A stretch of 63,808 nucleotides of DNA, counting the filler, from Thraustochytrium aureum (taxonomy: Eukaryota): NCBI GenBank assembly GCA_012862495.1. It is 6 parts of 3 records of this genome, joined end to end, with 100 filler letters (N's around TTAATTAATTAA, not from the genome) between each part and the next. Parts side by side here need not be neighbours in the genome. Positions count along the whole stretch, not along the records: positions 23,190 to 30,453 come from BLSG01000291.1; positions 30,554 to 48,274 come from BLSG01000291.1; 4 more parts are not named here. The stretch is one strand, 5' to 3'. This document shows positions 24,553 to 37,715 of the stretch, one piece after another. The position numbers and the translations under genes are program-made. The first letter of the stretch is position 1. Each line of letters starts with the position of its first letter. The notes beneath the pieces were generated by a model. That model was given only the letters and a program-made list of their open reading frames with translations, made no database searches and was not told where the DNA came from.

Positions 24553-25678
24553 TAAAGCTGAGCTATCGTCACACGTTGGGCCACTAAAGGCTTCTTCAGC
24601 AGACACCGAACGCAAAGCCCCAGTTGACAACGATTTTCGCATCCCCGAGAGCGTTGTCAAAGTCGCGCATCAGTTCAGACGCTCGGCGAGCAAACTTTGC
24701 CCAGAACAAGCTGCGCTGCTTGTCCGCCCAGGCAAGAAAAGNNNNNNNNNNNNNNNNNNNNNNNNNNNNNNNNNNNNNNNNNNNNNNNNNNNNNNNNNNN
24801 NNNNNNNNNNNNNNNNNNNNNNNNNNNNNNNNNNNNNNNNNNNNNNNNNNNNNNNNNNNNNNNNNNNNNNNNNNNNNNNNNNNNNNNNNNNNNNNNNNNN
24901 NNNNNNNNNNNNNNNNNNNNNNNNNNNNNNNNNNNNNNNNNNNNNNNNNNNNNNNNNNNNNNNNNNNNNNNNNNNNNNNNNNNNNNNNNNNNNNNNNNNN
25001 NNNNNNNNNNNNNNNNNNNNNNNNNNNNNNNNNNNNNNNNNNNNNNNNNNNNNNNNNNNNNNNNNNNNNNNNNNNNNNNNNNNNNNNNNNNNNNNNNNNN
25101 NNNNNNNNNNNNNNNNNNNNNNNNNNNNNNNNNNNNNNNNNNNNNNNNNNNNNNNNNNNNNNNNNNNNNNNNNNNNNNNNNNNNNNNNNNNNNNNNNNNN
25201 NNNNNNNNNNNNNNNNNNNNNNNNNNNNNNNNNNNNNNNNNNNNNNNNNNNNNNNNNNNNNNNNNNNNNNNNNNNNNNNNNNNNNNNNNNNNNNNNNNNN
25301 NNNNNNNNNNNNNNNNNNNNNNNNNNNNNNNNNNNNNNNNNNNNNNNNNNNNNNNNNNNNNNNNNNNNNNNNNNNNNNNNNNNNNNNNNNNNNNNNNNNN
25401 NNNNNNNNNNNNNNNNNNNNNNNNNNNNNNNNNNNNNNNNNNNNNNNNNNNNNNNNNNNNNNNNNNNNNNNNNNNNNNNNNNNNNNNNNNNNNNNNNNNN
25501 NNNNNNNNNNNNNNNNNNNNNNNNNNNNNNNNNNNNNNNNNNNNNNNNNNNNNNNNNNNNNNNNNNNNNNNNNNNNNNNNNNNNNNNNNNNNNNNNNNNN
25601 NNNNNNNNNNNNNNNNNNNNNNNNNNNNNNNNNNNNNNNNNNNNNNNNNNNNNNNNNNNNNNNNNNNNNNNNNNNNNN

Positions 25679-28600
25679 CAGCGCGCGAGCAGCGCCTCGC
25701 CACCGAGGAGCCGCATGCGCGAATGTCACCGTTCAAGGCTGAGCTCGTCCTTCGCTACCGATTCAAGCCGTCCGCGATCTCCTGGCCAAAGGTGAGCTCA
25801 GAGTATCGCAAGATCGTTGAGAAGCTCTTTCCGAAGAGCCCGATGCTCAACATCCACTTGGCCAACATGTTCGACCACTGCGGTGGAAACTCTCTGCTGG
25901 CTGGCCAGTATATGCGTCGCGCAAGCGTAATGCCCGGTTGCCAGGTGGACCACAGCTTCCTGATCTTCCAGTACCTCAAGCGGCAACAAGAGCGGACGAG
26001 CGGGACCTCTGGAGCGCTCAACTACGTTGCGTTCACGCACCACCGTCAAAAGGCAGAGGCGTATATTCTTGAGAGCATTCGCTGCGTGCAGGAGATGTGG
26101 AGCGTTCTCGGGTCGTCGCACCACACAGCTGACGAGTTGTTCAAGGGAGCCAGCAGGATTTATCAGTACACCACATTGGCCAAGACGCACCTCGACCAGC
26201 TCATCATCGTCAGTCAGAGCTCACCTCGGGCGCTGCTCCTGTACGCCCTGTACGCCGAAGAGGTGATGAACGACCCGTACCTGGCGAAGCGGCTCAGGCG
26301 CACTGCCAAACAACTCAAGCACCACAAGGATGGAGCAGAAGACTTTAACAACGACAGCGTCGCGATTTTGACAATCAGCGGCAACGAGACGACACTCGGC
26401 ACGGTGAACGACGCCACAGACAGCGTCCAGCGTCTGTTCGGGTTCAAGAAGAGCACGATCGTGGGACGCAACATTGACTTTCTGTGCCCGCCCCCCTTTG
26501 CCCGTATCCATTCCAAGTTTCTCCTTGGGTACATCAACAAAGCAAGCAGCTTAGAAACGACCAAGCGACGCATTTGGGCCCGTCACAACGGCGGCTACGT
26601 GATCCCAGTCGACCTCTACATCACGCCATCTCAGGATGCGGTAGGAAACCTCGAGTTCTCGGGCAAGCTCGTCAGGGTCTCCGGAGAGAAGGAGTTCGTG
26701 GCAGTCGACAGAAAAGGACAAGTCCAATTTTTCTCGCAAGGCATGATGCGAGACTTTGGCCTCCGTTCGGTAACCGACAAAGCGGGCGAGGAAGGGTCAG
26801 TGGAAAAGTTTATTCCTGGGCTCTCGGTTTTCCCGTCGTTTGAGGACATGGTAAGGGAGCTCGAAGATCTCATCTCCGCGGCCAACGAAAAGGCAGCAAA
26901 GGATGAAACCTCCGCGGCTCCGCCTCCGCATCCCAACCTCGAATACAATGAGCGCGTTGCGTGTGGCGACGACGAGTCGTACCACGTCACTGCCAAGCCG
27001 ATTAGCTTCAAAGGGATGGCAAGTGTCATCATGCTCAGTTTCGAGGCCATCCAAAGCGACGACGAGGAAGATGGCGCCACGCTGGCTCGCAACAACTCCG
27101 ATGGGCAAGAAGTGCAAAAATTCAATGCAGAAGCAAAGTTGCCCAACAGCAGCTCTCGAGAGAGCGAGCAGCACGGGACATTGTCAACACAAGAGGGTAG
27201 TGGGCAATTGAACGCAGTCAGGTACGGAATGAACTCGCAGGGTGTTTCAATCGCGCCGCAAAGCGAAGAGGAGGAGCAGAGTGTGGCGTCTCTCAGTTCG
27301 GACGGAGACGGCTCGCTCTCGTCGGCGAACTCGACGCAAAAGCAAGCCCACACACTGCACAAGGTGGTCGAGGCAAGGATTGCATTCGAGGAAGCGCGGC
27401 TCACGCGGTTTCGCCGCCTGTGTTACGTCCTCTCCGCATCCTTCGCCTGCATGTCGGCGGTCTCCCTCATCGTTCAACGTAACACGTACCAAACGTTTGA
27501 GAAAACGGTGACGACCATCAACGACAGCAGCGAGCGCGCCTTTCTCATCGCCAAACTGTCGCTTGGGACAATGATACACTTGAGCCTTCTTGAGGAGTCA
27601 GTGAACGACACGGAGTCGCAGGCTGTGAGGCTCATGCTTCCTGACAGCCTAAAGGCAGCCTCTACCGACCTCCGCACGATCCACAACAAAATCCTGGCCT
27701 TCTCGGGGAGCACCAAGCCAGCAGTGACCCAAGCGCTCCATGACGGAACCCTTCTTCAAGAGACCTCGGACGGGCAAGCATACCACACCACATCTTTTAA
27801 CCGGGCCGTGCAGCGACTGGTTTCCTCTAGCGAAGCTTTCTTGGACGAAGACCCTGCGCTGTGTGACATCTCGTGCCGCTACATCGTCAACAACGGCCCG
27901 TTCGACCTGCTTGAAGAGGCCATATCCGCCTCCCACGTGTATTTCGAGCAAGCGAAAGACGTTCTGCAGTTCAGTGTCACGTTTAACCAGTCGATACTCG
28001 GGTTGTCCGCGGCGAGCGTTGGCTTTATCATTTTCATGCAGCTCATCCCTCTTCTCCGGGACGTAAGGAAGACCAAGACGACGATGACCGTGGCCCTTGA
28101 CCACCTGCCGCGCACCCTCGTGAGCAGGTTGCGCAAACGAAGCCTCGCGAAGGGCGTGTTCGTCAAGCACCTCATGGAAGAGATCCAGACCGGCGGCGTG
28201 GCAAAGGGGGAGCGCGATCGCCAGAAAACCAACTTGTTGCGAACTGCGAGCAGAATCCAACTGGAGGCTTTGGAGGACGCCAAGTTTGAGGACGCAGGCA
28301 ACATGGCGAGCCCGCCAAAGCTCTTGCCGGGGCGGCCAAACGAACCTGGCCCTCCGCCTTCCTTGCAGGTCACCTTGGCAGCGGTCCCAAACTCCGAAAC
28401 AGACGGCACTTTGAAGCGTGCGCCAAAGCGAGCCGGATCAAAGGTGGTGCCAACGCAGGGCGAGCAGCCCCAAGGCAAGGGCACGGTTGCGACAGCCAAA
28501 ACGCGGGTCTTGCAGACCAAGCTATTCTTGCGAGCGTTGCAAACGTTCATTAAGCTCACGGTGCCGCTTCTCGTCCTGGCTGGCTACTTTCTCGTCGTTA

Positions 28601-29361
28601 CTCTGGTCGCACAAGGCGTGAGAAACTCGGCAGCCGGCTACGTCGGGACGATCCACGTGGTTGGGCGTCGCTGGGCGACGATCCTGCGCATGCACTTCTC
28701 GATAGAAGCGCCAAACCAAGCGGACGCACCGTCCTGGTCGCGATGGTACTCAAATCCAGCGATGTACAACAGCACGGCGGATGCCTGGGAGTACGTGCAC
28801 GACATCAAAGTGATGAACGCAGCCATCCTGTACGGCGACGCAGAGCTCGAGGCTGTCGCAATCATCGACGAGGTCAAGCAACCAGGGCTGTATGCGCTCG
28901 AGTTTGTTAACGCATGCGTGTTCGACGAGTGCACCGTGGCGCTTGCCAAACAGCAAGTCCCTGGCAGTATAGAAGCACTCTTGGTGCAGGACCTCGAGTT
29001 TGGCCTCGGGATTGCAATCGAACGAATGCTTGACCGTGCAGACCTGGCACTCGCAGATATTGGGTCCGCAGACCGCATCAAGGTGATGCAATACGGCTCT
29101 ACGGCAATACTTGCAGGTGCTATCAAAGAGTCCATCCAACTCTACATGGCGGCGACCACAGCGCTCACTGACGACGCTATTAATGTTGTTGTTGTCATGA
29201 CAGCGCTCTTCTTTGGTCTGATTGTGCTCGTGTTTTTCGCCATCTTTAGGATATTTGCGCAGATCAACGACGAGCTTCGTCACGCCCAGTACATCCTTCT
29301 CATGCTTCCGCCCGAGGTGTTCAAGACGATCCCCGAATTGCGCAAGCTCATAGAGGACTAG
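25679..29361 (+). CDS. TmcB/TmcC-like PAS-domain multi-pass membrane protein, paralog A (5' end probably in gap)
   Basis: Helical TPR-like region, PAS domain (LFGFKKSTIVGRNIDFLCPPPFARIHSKFL...RHNGGYVIPV), second PAS-like segment, then two TM-ectodomain-TM modules each followed by an ...LP helix; family assignment from recalled architecture of Dictyostelium tiny-macrocyst proteins. Confidence 0.8.
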
Positions 29362-30453
29362 CTATAGCTAGCACTCGATCAGAGGTAGTCCACCTGCTCA
29401 ATCAACCAACGAACCAACCTAAATGTTTACATGACTGCCTGTTTGCCTGCTCTGCGATAATCTGCTGTACAGCGGGACAGCTGAGCATGATCATCCCCAC
29501 CCGCTGAAGTGGAAGAGGCTGGCTGGTCGTATCCGGCTCACACTGCGCACATCCCGCGGAGGATGCGGGATGATCCAACTGCAGCCAGCCCTGCAAACCC
29601 GCGCCGGGGTCGCCAGAACAAACACAGCCCAGAGCAACGGCAGACCGTAGCGAGCAGCGGGCCACTCACTCACCCACTCACAGGGCCGTGGCACGGTGCT
29701 CCATACAATTCTCCTCTCTGCGCCTGACATACAGCCGACTGACCCCATTCCGTTGAGCAGCCAACGCCTTTTGCAATTGCCGACACCACCGTCGTTCAAC
29801 GCTCCTTGCCCCTGCTGATGTGAAATGGGAGACCAAGCTCGTGCGACTGTATTCCTTTCGGTTGGCGTGTCGCCTTTCAGAGCATCTCCGAGCACGGGTG
29901 GCAGCCGCAATTGCTTGTCCGCTCGCCAGAAGCAAGGAGGATCGATCCCCCATGCCAAGGCTGCGCAGGTGCGAGACCCAGAGCCGTTTGCGTTGATGCA
30001 GCTTGCAAGTATGAATCACTGACTCACTACGCGGAAAGCTGGCTGCACGGCGGCCGATGTCAACAGCTTTGCGACGTCCAAGCTCGAGCGACGTCCTTAG
30101 CTATAGCTTCAGAGACGTGCTTGCTTGGTTTCGCATGTTGTTTTATGGGCGCGGAGAGCAGATTCGCCCAACGCTGACATCGCAACGGACACCCGACGCT
30201 TCAGTATCCCCAGGAAAGGCAGGCTGTCAGGCTTTTGGGGTGCTGCTTTGATCGATTGCTTGAAAGACGTCGGTTTCCAGTAACCGGTTCTACTACGCCA
30301 GATAGCCCCACTGGCAGAGCTGCGAAGGGAGGCTGGCCAAGGGGTTTGCACTCAGTTCTGGTCTGACTCGGCGCAGACCGGAAAGGCGTTTTGAGACCCT
30401 TAGGTGATGATAAATTAGTCAGATCCCTGCTGAAAGCAACACCAAACGGATAC

Positions 30454-30553
30454 NNNNNNNNNNNNNNNNNNNNNNNNNNNNNNNNNNNNNNNNNNNNTTA
30501 ATTAATTAANNNNNNNNNNNNNNNNNNNNNNNNNNNNNNNNNNNNNNNNNNNN
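30454..30553. other. Artificial scaffold-joining linker
   Basis: N44-TTAATTAATTAA-N44. Confidence 0.97.
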
Positions 30554-33500
30554 TCGTTCGCGAGCAGCGCCTCGCCACCGAGGAGCCGCATGCGCGAATG
30601 TCGCCATTCAAGGCTGAGCTCGTCCTTCGCTACCGATACAATCCTACCGCTTCGAACTGGCAAGCGGTGAGCTCAGAGTATCGCAAGGTCGTTGAGAAGC
30701 TCTTTCCGAAGAGCCCGATGCTCAACATCCACTTGGCCAACATGTTCGACCACTGCGGTGGAAACTCTCTGCTGGCTGGCCAGTATATGCGTCGCGCAAG
30801 CGCGATGCCCGGCTACAAGTTGGACCACAGCTTCCTGATCTTCCAGTACCTCAAGCGGCAACAAGAGCGCACGAGCGGGACCTCTGGAGCGCTCAACTAC
30901 GTTGCGTTCACGCACCACCGTCAAAAGGCAGAGGCGTACATCCTTGAAACGATTCGACATATGCAAGAGATCTGGGCGCTTCTCGCCAGCTCAAACCACA
31001 CCGCAGATGAGATCTTCAAGGGAGCCAGCAGGATTTACCAGTACACCACATTGGCCAAGACGCACCTCGACCAGCTCATCATCGTCAGCCAGAGCTCGCC
31101 CAGAGCGCTGCTCCTGTACGCCGTGTACGCCGAGGAGGTGATGAACGACGCGTTCCTGGCGAAGCGGCTGCGACGGACGGCAAAGCAGCTCAAGCACACG
31201 AATACGGATGGCGCCGCCGATTTCAACAACGACAATATTGCAATCGTGACAATCAGCGGCAACGAATCGACGCTTGGAACTGTCCACGACGCCACGGACA
31301 GCATTCATCGCCTCTTGGGCTTCAAAAAGGCAACGATCATCGGGCGAAACATCGACTTTCTGTGCCCACCCCCGTTCGCCCGCGTGCACTCCAAGTTTCT
31401 GCGCCACTACATCAGCAAAGCAAGCACCATGCAGACGCAGCAGAGACGTGTCTGGTCGCGTCACAGTGGCGGCTACGTGATCCCAGTGGACCTTTACATC
31501 ACGCCTTCGCAGGATGCGGCTGGAAACCTCGAGTTCTCCGGCAAGCTCGTCAAGGCTGCCAACGAAACCGAGTTCGTGGCCGTAGACAGAAGTGGGGCGG
31601 TTCTGTTCTTCTCACAAGGGATGATGCGCGACTTTGGTCTGCGATCCGTCGCGGACAAATCTTCGGCCGAAGCGTTTGTGACCAAGTTCATTCCCGGGCT
31701 GGCCGTCTTCCAGCCGTTTGCGGAGATGCTCGACGAGCTCGATGAGCTCACAAAGGCAGCCGAAGAAAAGGCCTTGAGCGACCCGACGGCACCCCCAGCA
31801 CAGCCGCCCATGCTCGAATACTCGCAGCGTGTGCTGTGCAACGAAAACGAGTCGTACGACGTGACTGCCAAGCCGATTAGCTTCAAAGGGATGGCAAGTG
31901 TCATCATGCTCAAGTTCGAAATCGTCCAAGACGACGAAGATGCTGACGAGGGCGAGGACGGCTACGGCGAGCGCGGCCACTTCGAACATCGGAAGCAACA
32001 TAGCACGGGGAGTGGGGATGACGAGGAGCAACTGACTGAGATCTACAGAGCAGGCTCAGAGGGACAGAGTGTAGCAAGGGAGCCTGGAGCAAACACCTCG
32101 CGTCCAGCCCTGGCAAATGCTGGTCCACGTTCGCTCTTCGCAAACGCAAGCGTCGCTGCCGAATCAAGCGAGGCAAGGGGAGCCACAAACAACACGAGGT
32201 ACGGTATCGCTGCCGGCGGCGATGTCGCCCTCAGCACAGGAACAGGTGAGGACGACAAGAGCGTTGCTTCTGGAGTTTCTGATGACGAGTTAGGGTCGGT
32301 CTCGTCAGCCAACTCGTCCCAGCGGCATTCGAACACGCTGCACAAGGTCGTCGAGGCAAGAATCCAGCAAGAGGAAATGCGTTTGACTCGGTTCCAGCGC
32401 CTCTGCGTTGTGCTCTCGTTTATGTTTGCTTGCATGGCGATTCTGTCGCTCGTGGTGCAGCGCGGCATGTACGATAAATTGAGTGACACTGTGGCGACGA
32501 TGAACGACAGCAGTGAAAGGGCGTACTTGATCGTCGAGATCAGCCTTGCGACCCTAATGCACTATTCCGTCGTAGTCCAAGGAGGGCCCGACGCGAGCGC
32601 GTTGCAGGTCCTGATTACAGAAATGATCAGAGCTGATGCGGCGCGTTTGCGCGAGTTGCACAACGGAATTGTGGCCTTCCCCGGTTCTTCAGACCCCGAT
32701 GTTGGCGCCATGCTTAACGACGGCACCCTGTTGAGCGAGACTATGGACGGTGAGACGTTCTCTTTCTCGTCTCTGCGAAGGTCGATTGAGCGCACGGTGT
32801 CCTCGTGCGACGCATTCCTTGACGAGGACCCCGGCGAATGCGGGATTTCGTGCCAATATCTCCTCAACAACGGGCCTTGGGGGGTCTTGGACGCCGCCGT
32901 CAACTCGTCAGCGCTGTACTTTGCTCAAGCCAAAGAGGTGCTCGACTTCAGCGTCGACTTCAACCTTGTTATGCTAGTTTGCTCGGCCGCCGGGGTGGGC
33001 ACCATAATCGCCATGCAGCTCTTGCCGATTCTGCAAGACGTGCGCAAGACCAAAACCACCATGGTTCAGGCGCTCGACCAGCTCCCACGCACTCTCGTGA
33101 CATCGTTGCGCAAAAAGAGCCAGGCCAAGGCTGTCCTCGTCAAGCACCTCATGGAGGAGATCCAGACGGGCGGCCTCTCCAAGAGAGACCAGGAAAAGCA
33201 AGCGATGATGCGGCGCACCGCGAGCCGTGCTCAAATGGAGTCCATTGAGGACGCCAAGTTTGAGGATGCGAGCAACATGCAGGCCAAGCCAGGTGGAAAG
33301 CCCAACCTCCAAAGTAGCCCAGCGGTCCCCCACCCGCCTCCAAGTCTGCAGGTCACGCTCATGGCGGACGAAAAGGACTCGCACGGCATGAAACGAGGCG
33401 GAAAGCGAAGTGGAGCCAAGGTGGCGCCATCTCGTCAATCGCAGGACGACCGAGCAGCAAAGCGCGACTTTCGGCGCCGACAGCGCGAGATGCGGACGAA

Positions 33501-34341
33501 GGCCGTCAAGAGCTGTTGCGCGACCTTTATCAAGCTCGCTCTGCCGCTGGTACTAGTGTCGGGCTACTTTCTCATCGTCATGTACGTTTCGCTGGATGTC
33601 CGCTCGTCCGCGGTGGGGTATGTAGGCACGCTACATCAAGTTGGCCGAAGATGGACCTACTTGCAGCGTCTCCAATTCTCCATTGCATCGCCGACCAGCG
33701 ACGAGGCCCCCGAGTGGTCACGCTGGAGCGCCGACCCGGTTGCCTACAACAGCACCGCAAACGCCTGGAGCGAGTTGCAGACGTGCAGGAGAATCAACAA
33801 CGCTATCGCATACGGTGACGCGGAGTTGGAGACGGCCAACATCGTCGACGACGTGCAGTACCACGACCTCTACAACCTCGAGTACGTCAACGCATGCAAC
33901 TCTGACGCGTGCAAGGCGGCTGCTAGAGCGCAGGCGGGCCTTTCCGTGGACCAGTTGGACGTGCTCGTGCGCGACCTTCAGCTTGGCCTCGGGATCGCAG
34001 TCGAGCGCCTTCTGGAGAGGGCCGAGCTCCAGCTGCGCAACCAGGTTTCGGAAGGAGCCGCCCCTGTCATTCCTTTCATGTCGTCCGCGATCCTATCTCA
34101 CGCAATGAAGGAGTCTATTGTGCTGCATGACCTTGCGATGGATTCCCTCACTGAGGAAGCCATCAGCGTAGTCTTTGTGATGACTGCGCTCTTCTTCGGG
34201 ATCCTTATCGCTGTCTTCGTGTTCATCTACAAGGTTTTCTCCCGGATAAACGACGAGCTCCGTCACGCGCAGTACATCCTCCTCATGCTCCCGTCAGAGG
34301 TGTTCAAGACGGTTCCAGACTTGGCCAAGCTCATCGAGTGA
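30554..34341 (+). CDS. TmcB/TmcC-like PAS-domain multi-pass membrane protein, paralog B (5' end truncated at scaffold start)
   Basis: Colinear with paralog A along its whole length (MSPFKAELVLRY... to INDELRHAQYILLMLP); frame is open back to the scaffold edge. Confidence 0.8.
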
Positions 34342-34929
34342 TGATTGTCGCCATCAAGAAAGTCCGAAATCTCGTGCGATGGCCCCTGGGCTGGGCGCCT
34401 GTAGCATCCTTCAGCTGTCCCGCCCCGAGTGGAGCGGCCCGTTGTTCCCGCGACATGCTCATGAGTAGGGACGAGCGTGGGCCCCACCTTTGGCACAGAC
34501 ACAGACAAGACACTGAGAAAACAAGAAAGATTTGGAAANNNNNNNNNNNNNNNNNNNNNNNNNNNNNNNNNNNNNNNNNNNNNNNNNNNNNNNNNNNNNN
34601 NNNNNNNNNNNNNNNNNNNNNNNNNNNNNNNNNNNNNNNNNNNNNNNNNNNNNNNNNNNNNNNNNNNNNNNNNNNNNNNNNNNNNNNNNNNNNNNNNNNN
34701 NNNNNNNNNNNNNNNNNNNNNNNNNNNNNNNNNNNNNNNNNNNNNNNNNNNNNNNNNNNNNNNNNNNNNNNNNNNNNNNNNNNNNNNNNNNNNNNNNNNN
34801 NNNNNNNNNNNNNNNNNNNNNNNNNNNNNNNNNNNNNNNNNNNNNNNNNNNNCAACTCGGCACGTCGCCCAACGTTAGGCCTACCTACTCGTATTTGGGA
34901 CTCGGAATCATCGCGTCGCGAATTTTTAC

Positions 34930-34936
34930 AAAAAAA
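34930..34936 (-). terminator. RNA polymerase III oligo-T terminator of tRNA-Arg
   Basis: T7 run on the minus strand a few nt after the tRNA 3' end. Confidence 0.8.
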
Positions 34937-34939
34937 GAT

Positions 34940-35042
34940 TGACCGAGTTGGGGTTCGAACCCAAGACCCCCTGATCCCACCTTCTGAACGTGTTAGTAGA
35001 GAAGTCGAAGTCAGATGCGCTATCCAACTGCGCCACACGGCC
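34940..35042 (-). tRNA. tRNA-Arg(UCG) with 29-nt intron (35004-34976) at canonical position 37/38
   Basis: GGCCGTG acceptor / CTCGGTC-A, D arm GCGC-AGTTGGATA-GCGC, anticodon arm TCTGA-CT-TCG-A[intron]A-TCAGG, T arm TTGGG-TTCGAAC-CCCAA. Confidence 0.93.
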
Positions 35043-36026
35043 GACGCAACAAGGTACCACCACGTCCTCTTGACGTCCTGATACAATCCCAGTTGCACGT
35101 TCCAGAGAGCCTGGAGACCTGCCCGCGACCAAAGCCGCGTGCTGACGAGAGAGATGCCCAGCCCGGAGATGGCGAAGAGCATGATGAAGGAATTCAAGCC
35201 GTCCGGTGATGCCATTGGCAGATTGGCAGAAAGTTCTGCTTTGACGATCATCACCAGGCATCTTGCTGGCTGGCGAAGCAAAACCCACAGCTAATTCGGA
35301 TCGAAGAATGCCAGAGTCTGCGGGGGACTCAATCACGAAAGCAGTGCTGTCAAGCGCCACGCTGCATGCTTGTGTCTACGTGTGCGCGATCTGTTGGCGG
35401 GACTGCGGTGGCAGGACATGCGTCCAAAACAGGGGGGCTCGCTTGCCGCAAACAATACGCAAGCAAGCTTTGGTCCCACGTCGACGAATGAGGATCTATC
35501 TCCACCCCGCCAAGTCAAGCTTCTGTTGATAAATCGAGAGCCAGAAGAACACAAGCTGTGCTGTGGCTGAACGCACGCGTCAACTCTAGGCGAGCATAAA
35601 GCGAAATGGAAATACTACGACACAAAGACGATGTTTGCCGGCGTCGACCGGCCTGGCACAAATGTCCGCGGTTCCAGTAACGCGGCCCCTTCGCGTCACC
35701 ACAAGCCACCAGCTTCGTCGGCGGGCCGGGTCAGGAATATGCGCTAGTGCGCGAGCGCGAGCGCCTCTGCAACGCGCTCGTGTGCCTAGACCCCACGAAC
35801 CACAGCCTGCGCACCACGAGCTGGGAAAGCCTGTCTGCGAGCGTCAGTCACTCTTCACGAGTGTCACACGTGCCCTCGCTACAAGCCAGCCAGCCAGGTC
35901 TCAACTCTCGTGTCGCGCTGCCGATGTACGAGGCAAACAGGCGCCTCGGCGACCAGACTCGTCGTTTGAAAAGCACCCTTCTTTTCTGCTCCGTTCAGCA
36001 AGCGTTTGGGCGATGCTCACCAGCAA

Positions 36027-36494
36027 TCAAAAGCCCAGAGCACCTGCAGCAACCTGTCGCTGGAGTGTCGCAACCCGACTAAGAAATGCGTTGGCTTCTT
36101 TGACCGCCAGCGAGAGTTCGCTCGCGGCTTGAGCATTCTCCGCCTCGAGCTTAGCGAGCTCTGCGAGCTGCTCATCCTCTGGGCGGGCGAGATTGTCGAC
36201 CTCCACAAGTTGCTCGATCTGGTGGACCATGGCGAGCAAGTCGTTGGCCCGCTTCGCAATACGCTCCGCGCTTGGGGCTTTCGACTCTTGGCTGTGCTCG
36301 AACCCGCGAGTCGCGAAGGGCTGCTCTTCGTGCCGCTTGCGCCAAAACTCTTGGTAGTGAAAGCCAGGGTCAACCCCAGGCGGAGGTAGCGGCGCCGACT
36401 CCGGGGCGTGCAGTTGCTGCGCCTCTTCGGGCGCCTCGCTCAGACCCTGGCCGAGCTTGGCGAGCTCATCCTGGATCTTTGTCACGGGGTCCAT
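36027..36494 (-). CDS. MED21: Mediator subunit 21 (Srb7)-like
   Basis: MDPVTKIQDELAKL N-terminus and IEQLV...EDEQLAELAKLEAENAQAASEL match the Med21 pattern (DRLTQLQD...IDVLI...Q...L..LEEEN). Confidence 0.75.
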   Translation of the reverse strand: MDPVTKIQDELAKLGQGLSEAPEEAQQLHAPESAPLPPPGVDPGFHYQEFWRKRHEEQPFATRGFEHSQESKAPSAERIAKRANDLLAMVHQIEQLVEVDNLARPEDEQLAELAKLEAENAQAASELSLAVKEANAFLSRVATLQRQVAAGALGF

Positions 36495-37715
36495 ACCCTC
36501 TTCGCTGCTCGCTAGGTTGAGGGCGCGATGCTGCGCTCCCGCTCCAATCCGTAGCGGCCTGCGGCCTGACTCGCGCAAGGCTTGCAAGTGATCTTGATTG
36601 TTCAAAGAACAGGTCACCTCAAGCGACGAATGATCGTGAACTCACGGCCTGATGAGGCCACAAAGCCCACATCACCAACCGACCCCCCCGACGAAACGGA
36701 CATAGAGGAAACCGAGCGAGCACTGCGAGCGATTAAAACTGCGAGTCGCAAGCAAGTCGTACTCACTTGATCCTTCGCCCTCGATCGAGGAGGCAAGGGT
36801 GCACCGGCAAGCACGCCTTCCTCATCGCAGGGCCTGCCTGAGGCGCAGGCAGGCCTCGGCTGTTACAATCGACTTGACGCCTGACTCCTTGCAGGCCTAC
36901 CCACGGCGCTGGCAGGCCTGCCAGTTACAAACAGCTTCTAGCTGGTGGTGTAACCNNNNNNNNNNNNNNNNNNNNNNNNNNNNNNNNNNNNNNNNNNNNN
37001 NNNNNNNNNNNNNNNNNNNNNNNNNNNNNNNNNNNNNNNNNNNNNNNNNNNNNNNNNNNNNNNNNNNNNGTCGTTCCTTTCGACAAGTGGTTGACAGGCG
37101 GGCCGCTCAACTCGAGGACGTGCAGGCCTACCCTCCATACCCGAGTATAGCGCACCCTTGTACTCGAGGTCGATCGCGGCCGTTTCTCCTCATCTAGGGG
37201 CGTTGCGTTGAGAAGAATTAGCAATCAGATTTTTGAGCGACGCGAGTCGTCCATCGCGCGGATGCATTCCCAATGGGACCTCCCTGATACCTTCGTGGTG
37301 GGTCTCAGCATGAACCGGCCACAAGCACCGGCACCGACGACTGCTCTCCGCACGTGAGCGCCAGCCCAACCGCAATGGCACCTTGCGAACGAAACGGTCA
37401 GAGTGACTCTTCCTCGCGACATGCTCGCCGAGAGCCTTTTGCAGGAGCTTCTAACTGTTGTTCTCGTGCGCGCATTCCCGCCTGCTTGTCGAATACTCAC
37501 CCCCGAGAAACCTTCGTGGTTTGGTGACAACGCCAAGCAGACCAGGATTGCAGCCATCCAAGTGGTGGCACAGTTCGTCTGGAGACCAATCTGATCGTGT
37601 GGCCGAAGCGGCCGCCTCGAACTCGCACAAGCTGTCAGCGCCAACACGGTCATTCGCGCTCCGATAAGGCATTTCCCTTCGACCACGCGTTGGCTTGCTT
37701 CGCCCAGCCGCTAAC

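Noticed and set aside
25679..34341. Claim that the two PAS paralogs are a tandem array
   Set aside because: They are separated by an artificial linker, so physical adjacency is unproven
34988..34998. TACTAAC in the tRNA intron as a spliceosomal branch point
   Set aside because: No GT donor at the intron start; position 37/38 indicates a normal TSEN-spliced intron
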